From Neocallimastix sp. 'constans' (Eukaryota), in contig JBODTK010000001.1 of assembly GCA_050613775.1 (NCBI GenBank), positions 248,001 through 312,000 on the forward strand: a stretch of DNA of 64,000 nucleotides. Direction: 5' to 3'. Below are positions 14,994 through 26,559 of the stretch, piece by piece (the first letter of the stretch is position 1; each line of letters opens with the position of its first letter). The notes under the pieces are model-generated. The model saw only the letters and a program-made list of their open reading frames with translations. It made no database searches and was not told the DNA's origin. The translations under genes and the position numbers were made by a program.

Positions 14994-15329
14994 AAGAAAG
15001 AAAGAATAATTAGATAATAATTTTATTATAATTATTATTTTCAATACCTGAATTAATAATAATAATATTATTATAATAATAATTAATAATTTTTATTATT
15101 ATTATAATTATTATTTTCATAATTGAATAAGTAGTAATATTATTATAAATGTGATTATTATCATTTTAATTAATTATATATACTTTATTAAAATTGTTTG
15201 TATAATTAATAATAGTGATTTAATGTTTAGTATTAATATTTGAATAAGCTATTTATAATTAAATTACAATAATAATAATAATAATAATGTTATTATTATT
15301 ATAATATAGTAGTTAACATTATCGTTTGT

Positions 15330-15625
15330 ATTAATAATTAGTATTAATATTTATATTGTTATTAAATATAATATTATTAATTTCTTCTTCTTCTTCTTCT
15401 TCTTATTTTTATTTTATTATTATAATTAAAATTGCTTTAGTGTTCTTAAATGGCAGTTTTAAAATTGTTATTATTCAAAGTAGTAATAATACTATTTGAT
15501 TATTTATCTTCTTCTTATTATTTTTATTTTATTATTATAATTAAAATTGCTTTAGTGTTCTTAAATGGCAGTTTTAAAATTGTTACTATTCAAAGTAGTA
15601 ATAATACTATTTGATTATTTATATC
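15330..15625. repeat. Direct-repeat block (units containing aaaattgctttagtgttcttaaatggcagttttaaaattg), also at 18520-19150
   Basis: Two units here and several at 18520-19150, same orientation. Confidence 0.85.
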
Positions 15626-15773
15626 TTAAAGAAAATAATTTAGAAGATATCGTATTGGACCGATTCAGATTTTTAGTCTTAGATCAACATAATAATATCA
15701 TAATATATATAGCAGTTAAGTATAAATATAGGATACTAATATACATATTAATCTTATAATTAACAATATATTA

Positions 15774-16454
15774 TTATAATTTAGAGGATTTTGGTTTTAT
15801 ACAAAAACAAGAACAACAAAAGCAAATAAAGAAACATACAGGTATACCAACCATTAATACAAGACGCAGTGCAACAGCAGGTGTTACACCATCAGGTGGT
15901 ACATTATTTAAACCCATAGTACAAACTCCATCACGACACCTTTCAGATGAACATTCTGTATTAGTATTACATTTATCTCCATAGGCTTTTCCACAATGCA
16001 TGTAAGATTCAGGATCTGAAAATAAAGAAGCTTCTTTGTAAATACTGTCACAATGTACAATAGGAGTTTGACTATTAAACATACAGTAACCTGTGTTCGT
16101 ATTATTATTGTTATTATTAACGAAGCATTTATTAGACAAACATTCTGAATTATAACTACAGTAAGTTTTACTTTTGCATGTATTGGATATAATCTGATCG
16201 TAGTTACATGTTTCCACAATATACTCAGTTATTTTTTCATACTCATTTGGAAGCTTAACTGTGGAATCTCCGTAATATGAACTAGTAGTTGCACAGATAT
16301 TGTTTTTACAGTAAAAACTAAGTTTATATCTTTCTGTGATGTTTAACACTTCATCTTGAGTTATATATTTTATTGCGCTACTAGAGCTCTCACATCTAAT
16401 CAATTGAACTCTGCTAATTATAAAATACAATAGTAACTTAATAACGTATATCAT
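15774..16454 (-). CDS. Cys-rich secreted/type I membrane protein (226 aa)
   Basis: Intact ORF: hydrophobic N-terminal signal, Cys-rich ectodomain with two CxxxxxCxSxxC motifs, C-terminal hydrophobic helix followed by a Cys-rich, basic tail. Confidence 0.85.
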   Translation of the reverse strand: MIYVIKLLLYFIISRVQLIRCESSSSAIKYITQDEVLNITERYKLSFYCKNNICATTSSYYGDSTVKLPNEYEKITEYIVETCNYDQIISNTCKSKTYCSYNSECLSNKCFVNNNNNNTNTGYCMFNSQTPIVHCDSIYKEASLFSDPESYMHCGKAYGDKCNTNTECSSERCRDGVCTMGLNNVPPDGVTPAVALRLVLMVGIPVCFFICFCCSCFCIKPKSSKL

Positions 16455-17788
16455 GTTGAATAATATTATGATTAAATCTTATACTGAAGAGTTTTCTTAA
16501 CTATATTTTATAAATTTATATTATATAATATTTCTATTATCATTAAATTAGAAATATAAATAATTAATTATATAAATTTTATAAATTAATCCTTAAGAAT
16601 AATAATTTTATTTACTATCAATCTATAAGTTATGAATCATTTTAAATAAGAATAACTAACTTAATTTCTTTTAATTAGTTTAATTAATTACTACTTTATT
16701 AAATATTCATGTATAATATTAAAAATAATTAATATTATTAAAATCTATTATTAAATATTAATAACTTAATATGAAATTAGTATTTTCCACCAAATTAATA
16801 ACATAATATTATTAAATATTTATTTTAATACTTAATTTGGTAATAGTAGTTAAAATGACTGACTCATTTTATAATATTAAGAAATTAATTATATCAACAT
16901 TCGTATTCATAAAACTAAAAAATTATTTTTATATATTGAATTTATTATATTGTTTTACTATATATTATTATTATATATAATAAATAATTTTATTTATTTT
17001 ATTGCCAATAGTCTTATTACAAATTATTTTGTTACACCATAATAAAATATATATTTAGGATTATAATGGATTCCTTCTATTAATTGCTGCTAATAAAATA
17101 TATATAGAATTATTATTGCTTAAATATTAAATAAATTTAAAATAATTATATATTACTTATTAATAAAAATTTTTATTAGTTATATCATATAAAATTTAAA
17201 TAGTCTTTAAATTTAAAATTTTTTTTTTTTTAACGAAATAATAAAGTAATATTTTAATAATTAATATGCGAAATTTGTTTTGATTAATTGCTTCATTTTT
17301 TGTAGGCTTAATGCATTCTTATCTAAATATCAATTCCTTTCTTTCAAGAAAATATATATTTTATTAATTAAACCTAAATATATAAATCTTTTTTTTTTAT
17401 TATTATAAATTATACTATAAAATCATCTAGTTATTTTTTTAATTGTTTTGGAAGTTCTTTTTAAAAAAAATATATATTTAAAATTAAATAATTAATAAAG
17501 CATAAACTTTTCTATATTTTGAATTAAAATAATTTAAATGAGCAATTATTCAAATATATATAAAATAAAAATATGTATTATAATTATTGCATATAGTATA
17601 ATATAATTAAACATAATATGAATAGATATTCTAGAACTATTATTATTAATAATTTCTTTTACAAATAATATAAAATAAAATATAAAGGATATTAGTTTGA
17701 AGAGTCTTATTATGCAGTTAGTTTTATAATCATCATGATATTTATTTAATCTCGTAATGTCATATCTCTAATTTTATTTCATAATTAA

Positions 17789-18520
17789 TTAGTCATTTGT
17801 ATTTGAAAAATTAATAACTTTCAAATAAGATGTATATTGGTTTTGAAATGGATTAAGAAATGAAAATGCTTTTATTGAATATTGATTAATTATATCAAAA
17901 TTATATTTTTCAAATATTTTTATTATTTTTTTCACTATTAATTGCATTTTCATAATGTTTGGTTAAATTAGAATTTTCAATATTCACAAATGTTATATTA
18001 TCACATTCTTTATGAACATATCGTAAGGTACCTATTAAATGAACTGGTGATTCTTCATCTAAGGAATCTAAAAATTTATTTTTATGTATTAATACATTGT
18101 TGATATTTTATACAAGGTGAATCGATATCACTATTGAATAAGCTATAATCCATAAAAAGCACTATAAATATTCCATTGATATTTTGGCTATATTGTTATA
18201 TTGTTCAACATACTTTCAATGTCACTATAATTGAAATCATTAAGGGCAAAAAAAAAAACACGTAACAATATTAAACGTGTCTTTTAATTTAATGTTTTGA
18301 ATAGTATTTGGATATATGGTGATACGATTCGTAATATCTGATTTTTTAATTCTTTCATTTAAATTTTTTTAATTTCTCGTTATCGGGTTCAACACATGCA
18401 ATTTTTCGGAAGTGTTTCCATTTATGAATATCTCCACCATTCCCAGAACCTATATCAAGTAAGTTTCCTTTATATTCATTAAGTATATTTTGCTTTTATT
18501 TTATTATGATATTTATATAT
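17789..18520 (-). pseudogene. mRNA cap guanine-N7 methyltransferase remnant, virus-like
   Basis: Manual minus-strand translation across frameshifts: YKYHNKIK..NILNEYKGNLLDIGSGNGGDIHKWKHFRKIACVEPD (SAM motif at 18418-18462)...FNIVTCFF.ALNDF...HYENAINSEKIIKIFEKYNF...YLKVINFSNTND* (stop 17789-17791). Resembles cap MTase motifs FHNxIK, LDxGxGxGGDxxKW and FDxVSCQFALHY. Confidence 0.8.
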
Positions 18521-19150
18521 TATTATTAATTTCTTCTTCTTCGTTTTCTTCATCTTCATCTTCTTCTTCTTATTTTTATTTTATTATTATAATTAAAATT
18601 GCTTTAGTGTTCTTAAATGGTAGTTTTAAAATTGTTTTAGTGTTCTTAAATGGCAGTTTTAAAATTGTTTTAGTGTTCTTAAATGGCAGTTTTAAAATTG
18701 TTTTAGTGTTCTTAAATGGCAGTTTTAAAATTGTTATTATTCAAATTAGTAATAATACTATTTGATTATTTATCTTCTTCTTATTATTTTTATTTTATTA
18801 TAATTAAAATTGCTTTAGTGTTCTTAAATGGCAGTTTTAAAATTGTTATTATTCAAATTAGTAATAATACTATTTGATTATTTATATAAGTACTTGCAGA
18901 AATATTAATAATAATTAGTATTAATATTTATCTTGTTATTAAAAGTATTATTAATTTCTTCTTATTCTTCTTATTCTTCTTATTCTTCTTTTTCTTCTTT
19001 ATCTTTTTCTTTTTCTTTTTCTTTTTCATCTTATAATATTTTTATTACTATTATTATTAGAATTAAAATTGTTTTAGTGTTCTTAAATGATAGTTTTAAA
19101 ATTGTTATTATTTATGGTAGTAATAATATTATTTAATTATTTATATGAAT
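18520..19150. repeat. Compound tandem repeat (33-bp subunits within larger units)
   Basis: aaaattgttttagtgttcttaaatggcagtttt repeated; homologous to 15330-15625. Confidence 0.85.
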
Positions 19151-19299
19151 ACTTGTGTGAGTATTATTATTAATTGTATTAATAATACTATTATTTTAAT
19201 TATCATAGTTATTAAAATTAATACAAGAATTAATATCAATAAACTATGATATTAAATAATATGATTATTTTTGTTTATTATATTTAGAAAAAAAAAAAA

Positions 19300-19880
19300 A
19301 AAAAAAAACTCATGGCTCTAAATAATACCAAATTATCGTTTAGATTCTACACTTATCATTTTTATTACGGGAATATACAAATAAAGGTTAATTATAAACG
19401 CGTAATAACACTAGCTAGCTACTGAAGATTGCATACTCTCGTCAATTCTCAGCGTTCATAACACATTTCGATAGCTTTAAATATGTTATGCTATAAAGGG
19501 TTGTAAATTATTATTATTAATATTATGTAATAATTGTATATTTAGATTATTTATTATCAAATTGAACACTAGGTTCTAATTTATTATAGTTAACACCATT
19601 ATTAACACCATTATTAATACCATTATTAATATCATTATTAAAATTATTTGTAGAATTATTTTTTAGAAATATTATTATTAAATTTATTATTATAATTATT
19701 ATTAGGCTTTGTATCTTCTATAATAATTTTTTTCTGTTTCTAAATCTTCTATTTTCTAAGTTATTATCATCGTCGCTTTTATTATCAATATTTTCTAATG
19801 AAGTATCATTAATAGAACTTTCTTCATTTTATCTATCATTTCAAACAAATCATCTAAGGAGAGCTGTTTTTTTAGACATC
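19300..19880 (-). pseudogene. Decayed unknown ORF directly downstream of the RNA polymerase remnant
   Basis: Coding-like minus-strand fragments across frameshifts (MSKK.LSLDDLFEMID..EESSINDTSLENIDNKSDDDNNLEN..., Asn-rich); no recognisable motif. Confidence 0.4.
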
Positions 19881-20460
19881 TTAACTTTTAACATTAGCAA
19901 TTTGTAAATATCTTATAGTTAAAATTTAAGCTATTACTTAACAGAGATTTCTCTTTTAATATAATTCCCACAAGAGCAAGTATCAATAGTATACATATTT
20001 CCACAACTATCACAAATATTAATTTTTTATTTCATCCGAATCATCCTTTAAAAACTGATTTTAATAAATGTTTAGGTAATCATGAACTATTAAAGCATTT
20101 CTTTTCCATTTCACCAATTCTTAATTCACCTCCTTTAGCTTTGCCTTTCTGTAGGTTGTCTAGTTACAGAATATATATTGCCAGTATTTCTATAAAACAT
20201 TTTTTTTCTTCTACTTGATGTTGTCAAAGCATTATAATAACATATCCCAATATTAGCTTTACCAATAGGAATACCTTCAAAGAGGATCTATCATAATTTC
20301 ACCATTTAAATTATTAAATAGATCAGGATTATCATTATGTAAATTATTTTAGTAAATCTTCATAATTAATATTATTAGATAATAGATAAATCAGAATTAA
20401 ATCTTATTCCATACTTAGGTAGGATCTATAGCAATATAAGATGAATAATGTTCCATTGCT
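19870..20460 (-). pseudogene. C-terminal part of a DNA-directed RNA polymerase second-largest (Rpb2/beta-like) subunit, divergent and virus-like
   Basis: Translation across single-base frameshifts: GEIMIDPL.EGIPIGKANIGICYYNAL.HQVEEK.MFYRNTGNIYSVTRQPTE.GKAKGGELRIGEME.RNALIVH...DDSDEIK.INICDSCGNMYTIDTCSCGN. TRQP at 20153-20164, GEME at 20104-20115, clamp Zn-finger Cys at 19970-20014. Confidence 0.88.
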
Positions 20461-20501
20461 TCGAAAAATTTTAAAAAAGAGTAATTAAATTATCACCATA
20501 A

Positions 20502-20532
<31 letters not shown>

Positions 20533-20729
20533 GGAATGGAGAATAAACATTCTTTATTTACTAAGCATAAATATAAAAAAAACCTTGGAAAGGTACCTCA
20601 ACCAAGAGAAAATAAACATATTGAGAGAGCGTGATATTAAGGACTTATTAAAGCAGCTAATATCCACAGATAAATTTGATAATTTTTTTTTTTTAAATGT
20701 ATGATAAAAAATATATCAAATCAAGACAT

Positions 20730-20767
<38 letters not shown>

Positions 20768-21129
20768 TCCTTGGTAAAATGGATCACTTAACAAAAAAAA
20801 AAAAAATAATCTCATGAGAAAAATATCATGAGAATCCTTCAAAGTCACAAATAAAACTTTTTTTTTTTTTTTTTAAAAAAACTTTTTGATTTAAAATTAT
20901 TTAATAAATTTTTGAATTTTATTATTCCAAATTAAATAAATAATTCTATTTCAATTAATTATAGTTTAAAAAAGAAATTTTAAATTAATATAAGAAATCT
21001 TTTTTTTTTTTTTTTTTTCATGAAAGTAAAATAAATTACATTTTAGAACATAAACAAAATGTTAATTTATATATATATATATTATTTTCAAATAAGATAT
21101 ATATAAACTAACAAATGGATTTAAAATTA

Positions 21130-21167
<38 letters not shown>

Positions 21168-21277
21168 CGAATAAATTTTCATATTATAATTATAAAACAT
21201 ATAAAACATTTCATTTTCATATTTTATTAATATATTAAATATTATTTTTCATATTTATTTTGTCATGTATAAATAAG

Positions 21278-21530
21278 ATGATATTAAAAAAAAAAATAAA
21301 TTCTGTGATACTATAATAACTGTACAAATCATTTTAATTCTACCATTTGTGGTTACTTTAAATAATCAATGTAAAAAAAAAAAAAAAAAAAAAAAAAAAC
21401 AGCAATGGACTCCCTTGGTATTTGTATTGAAAGGAATAAATGTATGACAAGAGATGGTTAATTATGAAAAATAATAACTGTTCCAAGGAAAACAATAATT
21501 TTGGTATGCTGTATTCCTAAAGTCCAATAA
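21278..21530 (+). pseudogene. Possible small secreted Cys-rich peptide gene remnant
   Basis: Fragments IITVQIILILPFVVTLNNQC...LGICIERNKCMTRDG*..MKNNNCSKENNNF.VCCIPKVQ*; frameshifted, with an A-run expansion. Confidence 0.45.
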
Positions 21531-21569
21531 AAGATTTAGTAAAACAATCTAGTAAAAGGAAAAATGGAA

Positions 21570-21607
<38 letters not shown>

Positions 21608-22053
21608 GCAATTGATATTAGAAGGCTTATCTATACTATAAAGAAATTAAAAAGAAGAAGGAAGAAAGGAAAGAATTATAAAAATCAGTTAAAGAAATGG
21701 TATAAAAAAAAAAAACTCATGTTTTATAAAAAAAAAAAAAAAAAAAAATTGGTTATAAGTGAAAAGGACATGATCAACTATATAAATTTAATGTTAGATA
21801 ATCTTAACAAAGATAACAAAGATCTAAAGGATTTAAGATAAAAAAAAATTATAAATGCTAAGGCATGCAAGTTTTTTTTATTTGGGAACACTAAAAAAGA
21901 CAGGAAAATAGTTGAACTCGCTGAAGGATAGTATAGCCATTAGTTGATCATCCTATGTGGAAGCTAGTTAATCTAGATAGTAATTGGTGAAATCGTTAAA
22001 TTAAATTGATCTAAATAAATGGGATTTGGATTAACTTTAAATATCCTATATGG

Positions 22054-22109
<56 letters not shown>

Positions 22110-22680
22110 ATTAAAAAATTAAAATATTTAAAAATCCCAAGAAAACTTACCAGATAGTTTTACCAAGTATTTAAATAGTTTTTTTTGTTTCTTACCAGAT
22201 AGTTTTACCAAGTATTTAAAATAATTTTTTTTTTTTTTTAATGGATAAATTTAAGACGGTCTCCTCGTATTGAAATTAAATATCTTTAGATTATTAATTT
22301 ATCAATTATCAATTCCAGCGAGGGAATTGATTTGACAAGGAAAGTCATTGAGGATTATTTAATATAAAATAAATATAATATATAATATCTATCCATTATA
22401 AATAAATTGCATAGAAGATAAATAACGTCTATTTATATTTATATTTTTAATATGTAATTGAAGAAAGAAAATGTATATAAGAAGCAATTATTTGAATTAA
22501 AATAATTTTTTTTAACTATTATTAATAAATAAAAGGAGTGATATATTTTAACTTTATATTACTCTGAATTATTATTATTTTTATTTTTATCATTTATTTA
22601 TTTATTTATTTATTATTAGAATTAAAATTTAGTATTTTTTATTTATATTTAATATATGGCTAATAAAAATTCTGTAAATA

Positions 22681-23574
22681 TTTAATGCCTTTTTATATTT
22701 TTACTTTTTTTTTTTTTTTTTTGAAATTTAGAAAAAAAAATTATTTATTATATTTTTTAATAATTTTTTTTTAAATAAAGTAATAAATCTATAAAATATT
22801 TAATTTTCAATTTATTTTTAACTTTATTGAAATAATTTAAAAGTATACATCAGTAATATTATTTAATAATAATGCTTTAAAATAACAACAATAATAATAA
22901 TTATATATATAAAAAAAAAAAAATTATTCCTTTTTTTATCTCTCATATTTATCTTTACAACGCCATCATTTAAAAATTTTTTTATTTTTTAGTAATAAAT
23001 TAAATTTATTATTTTCTTTCCTATTAATATAAATTCATTATTTAAAAGAGTATAATTCTGAATTATATATATATATTTATATATATATATAGTCTATGGA
23101 TAAATGATAAAATTATTTCCTTCTTTTCCACATAATTTAAAATGTTAAAGCCGAATGAATAATTGTAACAATGAGATAACTAAAAATATATCTTAAAAAT
23201 ATTTTAAATTGAGTTTTTTTTTTTTTATAAAAAAAAAAAAAGACAATGTTTTATAATCTTTAATTTTAATTTTATTTTTTTTTATTGCTTTTATTTTTAT
23301 TTTATTTTATTAATTTTTTTTTTTTTTAAAAAAAAAAAAACATATAATAATATAAAAGATATAAATTTGAAAGAACTTATTTTTTTTGTAATATTAATAT
23401 GATTATTGTTACAATAGAAATTAACATGAAAATAAAAGAGACTTATTCATTCTAACAAAAAGTTAAAATCATATTTAAATTAAATTAATAAAAAGTTATA
23501 GATACATGAACTTTAAATATATTTATAAATTAAAAAAAAAAAAAAAAATAAAAAAATGATTTAAATTATGATTA

Positions 23575-23619
<45 letters not shown>

Positions 23620-24517
23620 CTTTTCTTCTTCTATTTAATTTTTCAAGTTTTCTTATTTTATATATATATATATATATTTTTTTTTTTTATAATGAATTTA
23701 TCATCTTGATCAATTTCAAATACTTTTAATAATATATTATTTTTTTTTAATTTCTTTAGAAAATACAAAAAAAAAAAAAAATTAAGATTAATATTCATAG
23801 TTATTTTAAAAAAAAAAAAAAAATTGATCTTAGAATATCTTTAAAAATAAATTAAATTTGTTTATAATAAAAATATATATATATATATATTTTTTTATTA
23901 TATATATATATTAAAAATAAATAATAAATAATAAATAATAAAATTTTAATATTTTAATTAATCGAATGAATGATACATCATTCTAAAAAATATAGATAAT
24001 AATTAGAGTTTAATAGAATAAAATAAAATAAAATAAAATTTAAAAAAAAGATGCCACAAAAATAAAAACGGTTTATTTTATTTTATTTTATTTTTTTATT
24101 TATTACTATTATTGTTTTTTATTCGTTAAAAAAGTTTAAAAAAGTTAAAAAAAAAAAAAACAAATATTTTCTTTATGGAAGATACGAAAATTTAAATATA
24201 GAAACGGATAATAATATCTGAGAGTTGATAAATTAAAGTATTTTGAAAAGAAAAATAATAATAATAATAATAATAAAATTTAATTTTTAAATTAAAATAC
24301 GAAATATTATCTTTATGGAAGAAGATGAAAAGAAAAAAAAAAAAAAAAATTAATAATAAATAATAAAAATAATAATAATAATAATAACATTATTAGCAAT
24401 AATAATAATTGATATTTATTTATTATTAAAATTTTCCTTTTTATACATATCAATTTTTAATTAAATATTTTTTTTTTATTATTATTGTAATTAATTTATA
24501 ATAAATAAATAATTATT
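22681..24517. repeat. Segmental duplicate of the upstream region of the 45238-46101 gene (46229-48814), without the coding sequence
   Basis: Collinear shared blocks: tttaatgcctttttatattttta, atctttacaacgcca, gtaacaatgagataactaaaaa, gaatgaatgatacatcattctaaaaaa, ctttatggaagatacgaaaatttaaatatag. Confidence 0.85.
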
Positions 24518-24521
24518 TCTA

Positions 24522-24560
<39 letters not shown>

Positions 24561-24624
24561 AGAGAGAGAGAGCCCAAGCCCAAGCCCAAGCCCAAGCCCA
24601 AGCCCAAGATCCATAATAGTGAAA

Positions 24625-24797
24625 ACCACCCCTCCCCTCTAGTGAAATAACTTTTTCACAATGAATTATAAAATTATAAATTAATTAAAAATGAAATTTT
24701 TATAAAGTATAATACTGAAAAACTAATAGATAAGAAGATTAATTTAAAAATAAAAAAAAAAAATAATAATAAATATATAAATATAACAAAATTAAAA

Positions 24798-24836
<39 letters not shown>

Positions 24837-25345
24837 TAAACAAAGGCTTTGGGGTGAATTAATCTCCCACATTTTTCATTTTACCAATAGTTACATGAGA
24901 GTTTAAATAATACTATTGAAAAAATACATATTCAAAATAATGCTAAAAAGTTAAAAAAAAAAAAAAAAAATACACAATAGATTTATTACAATAATAATAG
25001 GTAGAGAAACTACATGATATTATTTAATTATATATAACTCTAATGTTTACTACATCTTCATTTTAAAAAACAATAATAATAAAAAAAAAAAAAAAAAAAA
25101 AAACATTAGGCCTTAGGTTCACTTTCTATCGTCTTCCAAATATCTCATATTATTATTATCTCTCTCTCTTCATACTAGAAAGTCACTTAAGAAAAGAAAA
25201 GGATAACCATTATTGATTATCATCAGAATTTACAGAAAATTGTAATTTGCATACCTGATATAGGGCTATTTCCTTTTTTTTTTTTCCCCCATCAACCTTT
25301 TAAATGGACCTGAAAAAAAAAAGCAAGTCTATATCATTGGGGGAC
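24625..25345 (-). mobile_element. Dispersed repeat family B, copy 1 (probable non-autonomous transposon)
   Basis: Inverted, collinear match to 41932-42750 (cctatatcaggt, ttctgatgataatcaat, tagcattattttg, aatatcatgtagtt). Confidence 0.65.
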
Positions 25346-25699
25346 GTCACATAACATATATATATATTTTACACCTTCATTATTCAGAAAATTACTAATA
25401 TTATTAAACACTGTTTTTTTTTTTTTTTTTTTATCATCATTTAAACCTATTCACTATATTATTATTAGTTTAACGATACAATTATTTTCAGTATCATTAA
25501 TAGTATCTAATTTCTTTTCTTTACTATCCATAACTATTACTATTATTAATACTATGATTTCTAGTGTTGTTATTATTATATATTATATATATTTCGGGTA
25601 CCGACTTCTCAGAATCTGTTACTTGACTCTACATGATTCATATCAGTGATAAAACATGGCTTACATTTACCTATTTTGATATTGGACAATTTTTGGAAT

Positions 25700-25730
<31 letters not shown>

Positions 25731-25858
25731 GTTTTTTCATAAAGAATTTCAATATTCATAAAATATATTTCCTTCGAAACTCACAGTAAAAAAAAAAAAA
25801 AATAAAAAAAAAAAAAAATAAAAGGCATTTTTAGAAAAACACAATGTTTCAATTGAGA

Positions 25859-25891
<33 letters not shown>

Positions 25892-26559
25892 CTAAAACTA
25901 CTAGGATAGCATAGCATAGCATAGCCTTCTGGAGTGTCGTCTTAAATCCTATTGACAGGCATTAGCAACACGAGCATCGAATTTATTATCTCCTATTTGC
26001 CATTGGAAAAATTCTTTTTTAAAAAAAAAGTTTACCATAAAAGTTTGTTTGTATGAATTAAATGGAAAATAATATTTACAACACGTATAATTTTAAAGGA
26101 TTAATATAATAATTATTATAAACAAAATTTAGATAAATTTAATAAAAATTTATCTTCTTTATTTTATTTTAATTTTATTATTATTATTATTATTATTATT
26201 TTTTTTTTTTTCTTCATTTTTCATTTTATTGATAATTATAATTTAATTATTTAATTATTTAATTATTTAATTAACTATTTATTTATTTATTTTAAATATA
26301 TAATGAATAAGATATTATATGGGTTAAGATTAAAATATTAATTTTTATTTGATATGAATATAACTATATAAATATTTATTTAATATTAATAATAAAATAT
26401 AAAATTTATTATATTACTTTTATATTACTTTTTATCTTTTTTCTGTGAATAAATTTGTAATAAAAAAAAAAAAAAAAAAAAAAAAAATAAAAGAAAAAAA
26501 GTAAAAAAAAAAAATTAAAATTAAAATTAAAAAAAAAAAAAATAAAAAAAGATTTTAAA

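Noticed and set aside
20530..22060. Coding-like fragments at 20530-20860 and 21610-22060 (possible retroelement gag/LINE debris)
   Set aside because: Too degraded to support a call.
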